From: Eledone cirrhosa
Lineage: Eukaryota
DNA: 64,000 nucleotides
NCBI GenBank assembly: GCA_964016885.1
Contig: OZ024742.1
Coordinates: 255,812,001 to 255,876,000 of the forward strand
Direction: 5' to 3'
Shown: positions 14,620 through 28,536 of the stretch, piece by piece
Position numbering within the stretch: the stretch's first letter is position 1
Layout: every line of letters begins with the position of its first letter
Notes under the pieces: model-generated
Told to the model about the DNA's origin: nothing
Databases searched by the model: none
What the model saw: the letters and a program-made list of their open reading frames with translations, nothing else
Made by a program: the position numbers and the translations under genes

Positions 14620-14778
14620 TCTAAAGTCTTTCGTAAGCCAGAAGGCTCATTTGGCCGATGCTTATCCCGGTTTCATGATGTGAAGCGACAGGGAGTACAA
14701 GACTCCCCCCGAGACAGGACGCCAGTCCATCGCAGGTTTAAACCCCCTGCTATTGCTGGTACTCATTTCGAGCTGAGC
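14620..14778 (-). mobile_element. Deu/Nin-domain SINE fragment
   Basis: GGCCGATGCTTATCCCGGTTTC..GAAGCGACAGGGAGTA..ACTCCCCCC..GCCAGTCCATCGCAGG..GCTGGTACTCATTT resembles the Deu/Nin domain consensus as I recall it. Confidence 0.6.
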
Positions 14779-14978
14779 ATATTTTTAACCGTTGGGCAAT
14801 CAATAATAAACATCGATTGCCAGCTAAATTAACTAGAGATATAAATTTTTCAGAAGTGAAAACCACCCAAAACCAAACAGTTTTATTATTATTTCTGGCA
14901 ATATTATAACCATATGACACTCCCCAAATATAACAACATTTGTTTCAACACACGATTCCATATCATAACCTTGGAAAA

Positions 14979-15096
<118 letters not shown>

Positions 15097-15135
15097 TATA
15101 TATATATATATATATATCCATCTGTGTGTATGTAA

Positions 15136-15191
<56 letters not shown>

Positions 15192-15228
15192 TTACATACA
15201 CACAGATGGATATATATATATATATATA

Positions 15229-15344
<116 letters not shown>

Positions 15345-15520
15345 CATGTATGTAATTATTTAACTATTTATTTATATCCTTTATAAACTGACAAGTTAGA
15401 ATGTATCACCTTCCCAATCGGCTCCACCTATGCTAAGTAAAGGTTTATCTTGTTAATAAAAGGGCATTAAGATAACTTTGTTTTCCTTCAACTGCCCCAA
15501 ATAATGATTGATATAAATGA

Positions 15521-15584
<64 letters not shown>

Positions 15585-15929
15585 GCACCAACAAATATCA
15601 CATTCTTACCAATATGTTCTGGAATTTAAGTTAATATTTTCATATATATTGGTATAAATTACATTTTCCGATATATTTTACACCTTTCAAAACACTGCTC
15701 TCGACTTCAGGCAATGTTGAAATGCATGCATCCTTATATACCATATATTATCGTATATTTATGTGCATATTATTTGTGTTTATAAACGACTTGAGCATAA
15801 TACTGCTGAATAATTGTGGAGAAAGGGTAGAAACTGACTGATAGCCGCAGGTTGTAAAGCGAGTGAGATAGTGAGAGAAAGAGATATCGAGAGGTAAAGA
15901 GAGGTAGGTATATATATATATATATATAT

Positions 15930-15999
<70 letters not shown>

Positions 16000-17439
16000 T
16001 AATGGAGAGAGAGAAAGAGAGAGTGAGTGGGAGTATGGAAATAATACATAGACAGATAGATAGATAGTGTGAGAGAGGGGGAGCTGCAGCTCATTATATG
16101 GATAGAATATTGAACTACTACTTAAAGATAACTGTAGAAATCAAGACTGATCATTATCAACTGATTATGATTACCGTATATGTGTATTAGATGCCTTGTG
16201 TATAACACGACAACTGATTCTGAATCTATGAAATGGGAATAAATCACATTCCTATGTATAATGTAACTCTAGATTACAGCCCCGTCTATGTAAATTCTTT
16301 TATAATCTTGTACTGTGTGTAGGTGCATATTTCTGTACAACATTCAGTTTCTCATATCGTTAAAGCAACCGTATGTTTGACATTTTGTTTTCTCATTAAT
16401 AAACAAATATTATCAACATCTATTTGCAATCTTGCCATTTGAAATAAATATATTAAATTCAATAAACGTTTTTGTAAACATGTACGCCTATATAAGACCT
16501 CACAACCATATTGCTATTAATATTACTTTAAAATCTACTGTACATTTCGTGTCATGTTATACATTTTTTGTTGACGAAGGCTCGCATCCCAGTGATGCCT
16601 CTTGAGCGTCACACGTAGGTTTAATTTTCGAACCAGATGATGTGTTGTGTCCTTTTTCAAAGCAATTCCTCTATATTGATTCAGTTCACTCAGTCGGAAA
16701 CGTGTTCTGGTAGCCACTCGATACTATTAAGTTGGTGTTTAGAACATAAACGTTATTACATAAACTTGTGATGAGAGAATAGTGAAAGAGTTAGGCTGCA
16801 TTATAAAACATGGGTCAGTTCTTAGGTTGTTTTGGAAGAACCAATTTAATCAATACGACAATGTTACTTTCATCTCACTAAATTCCCACTACAAATATCA
16901 CGGGCTTGAACTCAAAATGTAGTAAGGCTAAATTAAATAAAAGACTAAGAGAATTTTTGTCTGTTCATTGTAATTTTTCTATTAAACATTCAGAGTTCCC
17001 ATTATTTATAACTTTTTCGTGGCCTCGGGAAGATTTTCTTTAAAACAAGAAATGGACGGATGAGAGAATTGGATTGACGCCAGTTTATTATTAGAACTTA
17101 TTTTATCTATTACGACGATATGAAAAACTAATAAACGCCATGCCAAATATGGAAAAAAAAAGAAAGGTAGTTAGACAAGGCTAAATAATATGAAGCATTT
17201 AGTAAATATATTGACTGTTTTTGCCAAGTTGCATCCCATATCCTGATATAAATAGGGGACTTTCTATTGAGAAATAATGGAAAAACTTAAAACAAATAAC
17301 CACTCTATTTACGGAGCCATCATATAGTACTCACACTTAGGGACCACGCCAATGTAAAGCCTCAGCGAGGCACCTTACATGACTCTAAAGGACTACAATT
17401 TTATTCAAATTTGAATAATTAGATTAAATATTCACACTG

Positions 17440-18545
17440 CGGCAGGTCTTGGTGGGAATATTGCCAAGAGGTATATTCCTGTTTTGTGGAGCTCGAAAAA
17501 GCATATGACAGCGTTCCTCGGGATCTGCTGAGGAAGGTTGTGCTGGAGTACTTGATAGATGGTCAGCTTCTTGCTGCCCTGATGTGTCTATACGAATTCT
17601 CGAGTATCTGTGTTCAGACAAATGGTACTAATTCAAAGGCATTCAAAGTGAGATTTGGACTCCGCCATGGGGGCGTACGGTCACCTCTCCTGTTAATTAT
17701 TTTCATGAACAGGATTGACACATGCAGGGGGTTTGGAAGTGGTATTACCACTGGTGGCTGTAAAATAATTCCGCTGGAATTTGCAGACAGAAGATGATCT
17801 TCGACTTGCACTTGATACATTTGATAACGAGTGCTGCATGGCTGGAATGAAAATCAGTACTGTAGAACAGAAACACTCGTCCTCTCAAGGAAGCCTACGC
17901 AGTGGACTCTACATGTGAATGGAGTTCCACTGAAGCAAGTGGAGAAGATCAATTATCTCAGGGCCGGATTCACTAGTGATAGAAGGAATAAGGCTGAATT
18001 AGAAGCAATAATTCCAGGAGCTAGTACAGTAATGCGCCATCTTCAGCATTCAGTAATCGGACGAAGAGAGATATGTGTAAAAGCCAAAGCCGCCATCATT
18101 CAATTCGGTATTCGTACCAATAATTAATTATGGTAATGAATCTTAGGAAACGAACAAAAATAATACGATCTCAAATACATGCCGTCGAGCTGGGGTTCGT
18201 CCGGAGGGTCTTTGGAGGAACGTTACTAGATTGAATGTGATCAGAGCGTCACTCCAGGTAGAACCGTTACTTCTCTGAATTTAGAGATCACAGCTCCGAT
18301 ACAATGGGCATGTGTTGAGAATATCTCAGGAAAGGATCACTGGACATATTTTACGGGTTAAACCAACCGACAGGAGACCCAACGGAATACCCCGAGCAAG
18401 ATGGTTGGATAACATCCATGAGATACGCTGTTCTGGCTTGGGTATCTAGCCCGTTCAGTTGGAGATTTTTGCTTCTAATGGGACCTGCTGGGATAGTCTT
18501 TGAGGATTCTGTCCCCTCAACCGTCTCATGAATAATATTGAAAAT
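17440..18545 (+). pseudogene. RTE-clade LINE RT/3' fragment
   Basis: ELEKAYDSVPR, GLRHGGVRSPLLLIIFM, LEFAD, VNGVPLKQVEKINYL, RSQLRYNGHVLRI, GIPRARWLDNI across frameshifts. Confidence 0.85.
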
Positions 18546-18619
18546 AAGAAGAAATATGTAATAATTTCCTGCAGCCAATAAATACATCGCTAAATATATT
18601 TACTATGTAGTAGTATTGA

Positions 18620-20420
18620 GGAAATATCCAAAAAACTGGCGTGGGATTCATAGGGTATTATGACAAATGCGTGGGAGGGGAAAAGGCTACTTGGGGTTCG
18701 AGTTTGGCAGACGAGAGGTCGGTGGGGCAGTTGCAGGCGGAGACAATGGGGAAGCCACGTTATCGAGTTTCTATTTGGAGGAATAAATAGGTGATGGTGC
18801 TGCGTTGTGCGGACGATGTTTGGTGGCAGTGGAGGGTAGGAGGGAGGATGTGACGAGGTGTTGTACGGTAGAAGATACTTGTTACTGTCATTGGGAGTTT
18901 GGATCGGAGGAGGGGGCGGGGGTAGAAGAGGGGATTACGAAACTGTCGTAGAAGTCGGAGTGCCACACCCCGACGGCACCGCTTTTGACCGGTGGTTTGA
19001 CGACGAGGGAACGGAAATAGGCGAGTTCGGCCTGAGAAAGGCTGCTGCGTTTAGAGCCTTTACGGAAGTTGAACCTGCTCGTGACACCAAGGTAGACATC
19101 AACTAAAGCGTCCAGAGGGCTGAACTGTTCAGGTGCTGGCGTCCAATGAGATGATCGTAGATCCAGAACAGGAACTGGTCCGGGTCTTTCGGAGACAGTG
19201 TGTGCCATGGACATGCGCCGGCACTTTAGAACGGTGCAGGATCCGTTCAATGTCTTGTCGAATACGAATTAGGTCGCCGTATGCGGTGTGCGCAGGCCTC
19301 TCCCAAGAGGTCCGAAGAGAGGAAGTTCGTTCGGTAGAGTGACACCAACTGTTGGGTGGAAGAGAGATTTGCTAGTCAGATTTGAGTGGAGGTTGGATGC
19401 GTTTGGCGACGGGTGGGGTTGGGAAAAGGGAGGGCTGGTTTGATGTTGTGAGTCGGGAGGTGGTGTAGAAGAGGTGTGTTGGTGGGAGGAGAAGTAGGGC
19501 GTGTCAGTGGGATCGGATGGATAGAATTTAGTTTGTGGAGTTTGGTGGAGAGGAGGAAAGAGAAAAATTCGTGGTTCAGGTTTTGGACAAAAAGAAGGAT
19601 GGAATAAACGAGGAGGGGGGAGGGGGCAGGTGTAACAGATGGGAAGAAAGGTTTTCGGAACGTCACGGTCAAGGTGGCGGATTGTTGAGAGGGAGAGCGA
19701 GCGGAGTGCATAAGAAGACGGGTGGCACAGGTGAGGATGTGAGATGAGGGCAAAGAGTGGGAGGAGGCATGGAAGCCGAGGAAGAATCCCTGGGAAACGA
19801 GATCGGGATGAAGACAATGGCTGAAGAGTTGGACACGGCTGGAATGCCAGGTTTTAGCGAAGAGGAAGTTTGAGTGCGGATTGTAGATAGCAAGAGGAAG
19901 AAGTGGGGTGAGGAAGTGCTCAAGGGTGGATTGGGGGCGGTGGATGGAAGGATTTTAGTTTAGGCATGGTGAGGGAGGAGGAACGAGGAAGGTGACAGAG
20001 CAAGGGTGGCCTGTAGGGAGAGAAGGAAAGAAATGGAGCAAAATTGGGAAGAAAAAGATAAAAAGGAAAGTGGACGAGGATAGTCCTTGCAAATTAGAGC
20101 AGACCAAAGGCAGTAAAAAGTCCGGATATCCGAGGCAGATATATTCTTAGTATTCTGTTATCCAGGTCCGAAACTCAGGTGAGCCGCGTAAGTGTAGAAA
20201 TGGAGGAAGGTTCGAGGTTTTGGAAAGAAGCCCTTCTTCAGGAGAGTTCGGAGGGAGAGAACAGGTGGATGTATGAAAGTAGTTTTGAACGTTAGGTAAG
20301 GTAGTCAGGAAAATATTGTTGGGAGGAGAAGGACAGAAATGGGTGTGATAGGCGAAGCATCTGGCCAGGGGAGGGGCAATATGGAGGTTACAGGAGGGGT
20401 TTCAACCACTTTTGGGAATT
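18620..20420 (-). mobile_element. Penelope-like element 5' part (N-terminus to start of RT), decayed
   Basis: SSLSQAELAYFRSLVVKPPVKSGAVGVW (= IKPADKG motif) and TYLFLQIETR*RGFPIVSACNCPT (= FYLLPKIHK..GRPIVS); decayed HHR core CTGAAGAAGGGCTTCTTTCCAAAA on minus strand at ~20218-20241. Confidence 0.75.
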
Positions 20421-20522
20421 ATATATGAATGACACACGCACACGCACACGCACGCACACAAAACACACACACACACACACATACCCACCCACATACACCC
20501 ACACACCCACACATATATATAT

Positions 20523-20660
20523 ATATTTGTTATGAGAACAGATTAAAGTTTAAGCAAAGAATCGCTGCTTTCACCCTTGACGGAATCTTCTGAACCGTCC
20601 GTTAGGGGTAAGAGCTGCAATTCTTTGCTTAAACTTTAATCTTTTCTTATAATAAATATT
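20523..20660. repeat. Fold-back insertion in (TA)n (~60-bp arms, 13-nt spacer)
   Basis: AGATTAAAGTTTAAGCAAAGAAT...CCCTTGACGGA mirrored by TCCGTTAGGG...ATTCTTTGCTTAAACTTTAATCT. Confidence 0.85.
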
Positions 20661-20749
20661 TGCTCTCTGGATTTATATATATAGTATATATATATGTATA
20701 ATCCTTATCGAGACCTCTTCTAAATTTGTTCTTCATATTTATTATTACT

Positions 20750-20805
<56 letters not shown>

Positions 20806-20807
20806 TA

Positions 20808-20838
<31 letters not shown>

Positions 20839-20850
20839 AATATATATATA

Positions 20851-22630
20851 TATTCATTAGATAAGCAAAACAAGACGACAAATTTCACAAGGAAATATTA
20901 TTAAAAGATTGTCAACATATTTTAGTTTGATTTAAGGAATGTAGAGAATAATAATAATAATAATATTAATGATAATAATGTCCGTTTACAATTGTTTCGC
21001 TACTCCATATAATATTTCTGGATCAGATGACTATATATCATTATTGATCTGCTTCAGTTGAAAATGATTAACATATTTAAAAACAGAGCGGCTCATCGAA
21101 ACTTCAAAGGAATATAAATTAAAATAAGGAGAGAATGATACATAATGTAAAATTCCATATATTGGTATTTCACTTTGGTGTCCTGGTTGTATCAGTTGTA
21201 GCAGTATTCATCTGTCGAGGCTGCATTGTGTGAGATCTGCCTATGGGTAACAAGATGGCCGCCAAAGCACCTTACTAATTAGAGGGTGCTTTCAGGGGAA
21301 GTAACTCCTCGAGAGATTAGAAATTGTGGGTAGTTTATAGTTAAGTGCTAATTTTTTAATTTTTAATTGAGAGACAATGTAGGGGAGGTAACTTATAATT
21401 ATCTAAGTTAGTTACAGCTATTTAACTTATTAGCTACAAGTAAAAATGGGGCTAGATGACTATATTGCTCAAATATTCTATTGGCGAAGGAATTAGCCCT
21501 TCGATGTTGACAGCTAATAGTCACATCCGTTCTATCGTTAATCTGTAGAGGTTTTGATATAGTTATGTAATATGCTTCGGTAATACAGAGATCACAAGAT
21601 TTTCTTCGTCCATTGAATGGTTGGGCGCTAGCTACGATATCCCATTGTAGTGAGTGTTCAATATTGCTTAATTTAAGGTTTTTAATTTTTTAATGATCCT
21701 AGCTAGAGATGTTGAACATCTGTTGTGCGCGTTATAGCGTACCTTAAAACGGTTAGAGGTAGACCCGATATAAGAGCTGGTATTCGAAGAAGTTTTAAGC
21801 ATGCACCTATAGACTATGATGGGTGTCAGTGTCCATTTAATGGGCATGCATTAGGGTAACGGCAGTTGCAGTTGCTTCTACGGTTAGTGAGAGTAGGGTA
21901 GTTTAACCTAAACGGTTGGTCAGTGCTAGCTAGAAGGATTAGGTGGGGGAGGTGTGCTACTAGAGTAATTATTGGTGTAGTGGTGTGGTGTATTTGATAG
22001 GAGTGGTGGTACCGCGGTGTGGGAGTTATACTGTCTTAGTTTATTATGGTTACTGAATTCGATGTGGTTAGCTAGATTAGGTGTTGTGGAGAATGAGATA
22101 TTAAGGTTATTTTTATTAAAGAGTTTGTAATATCTATGTTTGAGGGTGGGGGGTGGGGGTGTTTAGATAGGATAGAGAAGAACCGTTTATGGATATTAGT
22201 GGGGGGGGGGGGGGGTTAAGCCAGGTGATATTTTTAGGTCTATTCCTTCTAGGGGTTCTAGTGGAGTTAGTAGGGCCCTTCCTAGGGTTATTATTACCTG
22301 GGAATTTTTTATTTGTCATCCCATTTCTCATTCTTATTCTAGGGTTGATTTTTAGTTTGCTACTTGGAGTGGGGAGCAGGCCGCTGCCACCATTAAACTT
22401 CCCTGTATAGGTGCTGTTACTGATAAAATTCCGGCGAATCTGGCTATATGCTAAGGTATTTCTAGTTCTAGTGTTAAGTTTATTATGGTGAATTGTTGTG
22501 TTATGGCATTTAGGTATGTAGTAAATAGATTTTTCATAACCAGATTCAGAAAGAGCCTTATTATAATATTGTGCATGGTTTATAAATATCTCCTCATTTG
22601 CTGATAGCATAGAGATCCTATACGAGATAG

Positions 22631-22632
<2 letters not shown>
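20851..22632 (-). mobile_element. Penelope-like element 3' part (RT thumb, GIY-YIG endonuclease, 3' UTR), flanked by (TA)n on both sides
   Basis: ISYRISMLSANEEIF..YNKALSESGY, KNITWLNPP, YYKLFNKNN, CNCRYPNACPLNG, IVYRC..SYIGSTSNRFKVRYNAH, CDLCITEAYYI. Confidence 0.88.
20984..21103 (-). ncRNA. Decayed hammerhead ribozyme in PLE 3' UTR
   Basis: Minus strand: gtt TCGATGA gccgctc..long loop..gagtagc GAAA caattg TA aac. Confidence 0.5.
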
Positions 22633-22672
<40 letters not shown>

Positions 22673-23454
22673 CAACAAGAAACAATGTATAGACATACCA
22701 CAGGTATAAATAGTATCACCTTGAATAAAAATAAAAGGCAACATCATAAGGATAATGATAATAACGAAAGACAAGTGCTGACCTTGTATATTATATTAGG
22801 AAATCAAGTTGCAAATGAGCGAAAGATTATGTAAATTGCTTTCGATTTCTCATGAGAAATTCTTAATACTTCTATGATGTAAATATTCTTAAACAGTAAT
22901 GATTTTTACATCCGATGTGTGGTTATTAACCTATGGTAAAATTTAATTAATTTTTAATGACTTTATCACAACAATAATGCAACCTAAACCTATTAATTTC
23001 TCACGAAATTATTTTGTCTGAGTACACATACACATATATAAGCGTACATAAACACATACACGCACATATACACGCACACACATTAGTGTACACATATACA
23101 GACACAATACGTTTGTATATATAATTATAATTGATTAGGTCGTATTTGCAATTCAATTGTATTATATGATTGAAATTTTCGTGCCCGATATATGCAAACG
23201 ACATATGAATTTAATTGATATATAGCATTATAATTACGGAGATAAGTTCTAATGTGAATCCGATAGGAGATGGAGAAGATTAGGGAAATTTTGCAAAACT
23301 GATTGATTGCAATAATTTTCGGCGTTGTATAGGAGCTAAGTGCTAGTAAAATAATAATCAAACAATATGATGAACGAGAAAAACATCTAAGTTATGAGAT
23401 GATGTACAAGTTATAATATATTACTATAATTCTAAATACACTTGCAGTAATTTT

Positions 23455-23712
23455 AATCTAAACACCAACCTTAACACTAACGCCAATCCTAAGCCTAAAC
23501 CCTAAACAGAAAATTAACCCTAATACTAACACAAACACCAAACCCATCAGTACACGTAATCCTAAATTAAATCCATCATAAATTCAACCCTATCCCTATA
23601 ACCTTAAACCGAACACTAACATTAACCCTAAAGATAATCCTGGTCCTAACTTTAACTCTAACCCTAATCCTAGCACTAACCTTAACGCAAATTTAACCCT
23701 AACGTTACCCTT
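23455..23712 (+). repeat. Degenerate (TAACCC)n-like interstitial tract
   Basis: Repeated CTAACC / CCCTAA / CCTAAT / ACTAAC hexamers. Confidence 0.7.
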
Positions 23713-24615
23713 CGCCAATGTGCAACCTTTTCCAGAGGGAATCTTTGAATATCATCAACTGCCCATGCATATCAGACTGCTGTCGCCATATCTATGATGT
23801 TATCGAAGACAGGCACATACCGATACTCTTTCGCATCCGTGTCAAAACGAAGACTATATCCATCTGAGCCTAACAGGCTAACCATTAGGTTCTGTGTCTC
23901 CACGCCCACACAGATACACAACTATACACATTCAACACAGTGGGACACCCACATTCACTACATGTACACACACACATAATATATAAATATATATTTGTGT
24001 GTGTGCGTGTGTGTTTGTGTGTGTGTGTGCATACTTATATATATGTGTGCATGTGTATGTATGTTTGTGCAGGAACATGAGTGTATGTGTTAAAACATTT
24101 GTAGGCGAATATGTGTTATTACTCCATATGATATAAGTATGTAAACGTACATACATATATGTATACAGACGTACGTATATATATATATATATATACATAC
24201 ATGCACACATATATATATGTACGTATGGATTCACCGAATATTTATTATAATGCTCGGTGTGTTTGTAAACAAACATCCCGAATTAAGCCGTACAGTGTCT
24301 AGCAACCATCGTTGCTCATTTGTTCAACACTAACAAAGGAATGCTGTACTAGTTTCAAGCTTATTAGCTATCGTTAGCATCGTATACCTTCCTGCCAGAT
24401 GGTTGAACGTCTGAAAGTATATACTTTCCTTATGCATATTAACGGCTGAGCAGGCTAATTTGCATATCGAGTGAGTTAATCGGCCGGGGTACCGAAAAGG
24501 ATAAACGGAAAAAAATGAAATGAAATTTCATTTCTCACTCTTAGTACAGCTGTTACTTAAATATAAGTATGTATATGTACATACACATATATATATATAT
24601 ACAGACGTACAGTAG

Positions 24616-24695
<80 letters not shown>

Positions 24696-24831
24696 CATAC
24701 ATGCACACATATATATATATATGTACGTATGGATTCACCAAACATTTATTATAATGCTCGGTGTGTTTGTACACAAACACCCCGATAAATGTTCGGTGAA
24801 TCCATACGTACATATATATATGTGTGCATGT

Positions 24832-24879
<48 letters not shown>

Positions 24880-24881
<2 letters not shown>

Positions 24882-25074
24882 CGAAGGAAATGTGGTAAGG
24901 AACCAGGTGGACCATAACACACCAAAGTACTCAATACTTAGGGTAGTAGAGTGGGTAATAGGAATGAGTAGGACCCCGACGGCTGAGCTCAAGCCGTTTC
25001 GACGGCTAATTTAGTCCAAGAATTAACCGTCGAAACGGCTTGAGCTCAGCCGTCGGGGTCCTACTCGTTCCTAT
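24880..25074. mobile_element. ~195-bp fold-back insertion (PLE-like 3' end) with 54-bp arms; copies at 25527-25721, 26248-26476, 26911-27105
   Basis: Arms 24958-25011 and 25021-25074 around TAGTCCAAG; each arm carries an HHR 3' half, GAAA cggcttgagctcagccg TC ggggt. Confidence 0.88.
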
Positions 25075-25491
25075 ATATATATACTACTGTACGTCTGTAT
25101 ACATATATGTATGTACGTATACATACTTAGATTTAAGTAACAGCCGTACTAAGAGTGAGAAATGAAATTTCGTTTCATTTTTTTCCGTCTATCGTTTTCG
25201 GTACTCCGGCCGATTAACTCACTCGATATGCAAATTAGCTTTCCCAGCCATTAATATGCATAAGGAAAGTGTATACTTTCAGACGTTCAACCATCTGTCA
25301 GGAAGGTATATGTTGCTGACGATAGCTAATAAGCTTGAAACTACTACAGTGTTCCTTTGTCAGTGTTGAATAAATGAGCAACGGTGGTTGCTAGACACTG
25401 TACGGCTTAATTCGGGATGTTTGTTTACAAACACACCGAGCATTATAATAAACGTTCGGTGAATCCATACGTACATATATATGTGTGCATG

Positions 25492-25528
<37 letters not shown>

Positions 25529-26169
25529 CGAAGAAAATGTGGTAAGGAACCAGGTGGACCATAACACACCAATGTACTCAATACTTAGGGTAGTAGAGTG
25601 GGTAATAGGAACGAGTAGGACCCCGACGGTTGAGCTCAAGCCGTTTCGACGGCTAATTTAGTCCAAGAATTAACCGTCGAAACGGCTTGAGCTCAGCCGT
25701 CGGGGTCCTACTCGTTCCTATATATATATACTACTGTACGTCTGTATACATATATGTATGTACGTATACATACTTAGATTTAAGTAACAGCCGTACTAAG
25801 AGTGAGAAATGAAATTTCGTTTCATTTTTTTCCGTCTGTCGTTTTCGGTACTCCGGCCGATTAACTCACTCGATATGCAAATTAGCTTTCCCAGCCATTA
25901 ATATGCATAAGGAAAGTGTATACTTTCAGACGTTCAACCATCTGTCAGGAAGGTATATGTTGCTGACGATAGCTAATAAGCTTGAAACTACTACAGCGTT
26001 CCTTTGTCAGTGTTGAATAAATGAGCAACGGTGGTTGCTAGACACTGTACGGCTTAATTCGGGATGTTTGTTTACAAACACACCGAGCATTATAATAAAT
26101 GTTCGGTGAATCCATACGTACATATATATGTGTGCATGTATGTATATATATATATATATATAAATATAA

Positions 26170-26249
<80 letters not shown>

Positions 26250-26718
26250 CGAAGGAAATGTGGTAAGGAACCAGGTGGACCATAACACACCAAAGTACTC
26301 AATACTTAGGGTAGTAGAGTTGGTAATAGGAACGAGTAGGACCCCGACGGTTGAGCTCAAGCCGTTTCGACGGCTAATTTAGTCCAAGAATTAACCGTCG
26401 AAAAGGCTTGAGCTCAGCTGTCGGGGTCCTACTCGTTCACTGCCTCTTTGTTCTGTCCCTGTTCAATTTTTCATTATATATATATATATATACTACTGTA
26501 CGTCTGTATACATATATGTATGTACGTATCCATACTTATTTTTAATTAACAGCCGTACTAAGAGTGAGCAATGAAATTTCGTTTCATTTTTTTCCGTTTA
26601 TCGTTTTCGGTACCCCGGCCGATTACCTCACTCAATATGCAAATTAGCTTTCCCAGCCATTAATATGCATAAGGAAAGGGTATACTTTCAGACGTTCAAC
26701 CATATGTCAGGAAGGTAT

Positions 26719-26761
26719 ACGTTGCTGACGATAGCTAATAAGCTTGAAACTACTACAGCGT
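26719..26761 (+). ncRNA. Type I hammerhead ribozyme (array unit 3; paralogues at 24341-24383(-), 25310, 25957, 27376, 27825, 28257)
   Basis: acgttg CTGACGA t-agct-aata-agct-t GAAA ctac TA cagcgt; stem I has 6 bp including one G.U. Confidence 0.85.
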
Positions 26762-27100
26762 TCCTTTGTCAGTGTTGAATAAATGAGCAACGGTGGTTGC
26801 TAGATACTGTACGGCTTAATTCGGGATGTTTGTTTACAAACACACCGTGCATTATAATAAATGAATCCATACGTACATATATATGTGTGCATGTATGCAT
26901 ATATATATATAACGAAGGAAATGTGGTAAGGAACCAGGTGGACCATAACACACCAAAGTACTCAATACTTAGGGTAGTAGAGTGGGTAATAGGAACGAGT
27001 AGGACACCGACGGCTGAGCGCAAGCCGTTTCGACGGCTAATTTAGTCCAAGAAATAACCGTCGATACGGCTTGAGCTCAGCCGTCGGGGTCCTACTCGTT

Positions 27101-27149
<49 letters not shown>

Positions 27150-28452
27150 TACTGTACGTCTGTATACATATATGTATGTACGTATACATACTTATATTTA
27201 ATTAACAGCCGTACTAAGAGTGAGCAATGAAATTTCGTTTCATTTTTTTCCGTTTATCGTTTTCGGTACCCCGGCCGATTCACTCACTCGATATGCAAAT
27301 TAGGCTGCTCAGCCGTTAATATGCATAAGGGAAAGTATATACTTTCAGACGTTCAACCATCTGGCAGGAAGGTATACGGTGCTGACGATAGATAATAAGC
27401 TTGAAACTAGTACAGGATTCCTTTGCCAGTGTTCAACAAATGAGCAACGATGGTTGCTAGACACTGTACGGCTTAATTCGGGATGTTTGTTTACAGACAC
27501 ACTGAGCATTATAATAAATGTTCGGTGAATCTATACGTACATATATATATGTGTGCATGTATGTATATATATATATATATATATATATAAATACATACTA
27601 CTGTACGTCTGTATACATATATATATATATACGTATACATACTTATATTTAATTAACAGCCGTACTAAGAGTGAGAACTGAAATTTCGTTTCATTTTTTT
27701 CCATCTATCGTTTTCGGTACCCCGGCAGATTAACTCACTCGATATGCAAATTAGTCTGCTCAACCGTTATTATGCATAATGAAGTATATATTTTCAGACG
27801 TTCAACCATCTGGCAGGAAGGTATACGTTGCTGACGATAGCTAATAAGTTTGAAAGTAGTACAGCGTCCATTTGTCAGTGTTGAACAAATGAGCAACGAT
27901 GGTTGCTAGACACTGTACGGCTTAATTCGGGATGTTTGTTTACAAACAAACCGAGCATTATAATAAATGTTCGGTGAATCCATACGTATATATATATATG
28001 TGTGCATGTAATTATATATATATATACATACTACTGTACGTCTGTATACATATATGTATGTATGTATACATACTTAGATATAAGTAATAGCCGTACTAAG
28101 AGTGAGAAATGAAATTTCATTTCATTTTTTTCCGTTTATCGTTTTCGGTACTCCGGCCGATTAACTCACTCGATATGCAAATTAGGTTTTTCAGCCGTTA
28201 ATTTGCATAAGGAAAGTGTATACTTTCAGACGTTCAACCATCTGTCAGGAAGGTATACGTTGCTGACGATAGCTAATAAGCTTCAAACTACTATAGCGTT
28301 CCTTTGTCAGTGTTGAATAAATGAGCAACGATTGTTGCTAGACACTGTACGGCTTAATTCGGGATGTTTGTTTACAAACACACCGAGCATTATAATATAT
28401 GTTCGGTGAATCCATACGTACATATATATATATATATATATGTGTGCATGTA

Positions 28453-28536
<84 letters not shown>

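Larger units (their letters stand above)
24130..28455. mobile_element. Non-coding tandem array of ~420-450 bp HHR-bearing monomers (retrozyme-like); minus-strand copies, then six plus-strand copies
   Basis: Unit CTACTGTACGTCTGTATAC...GTGTGCATG starts at ~25083, 25730, 26491, 27148, 27597, 28029; inverted copy 24130-24620; inversion centre ~24770; one HHR per full unit. Confidence 0.9.

Noticed and set aside
22825-22870. Minus-strand hairpin plus GAAAgcaattTA
   Set aside because: No CTGANGA core upstream
24880-28455. Repeat/hairpin alternation resembling a CRISPR array
   Set aside because: Units are hundreds of bp long, there are no unique spacers or cas genes, and the context is eukaryotic
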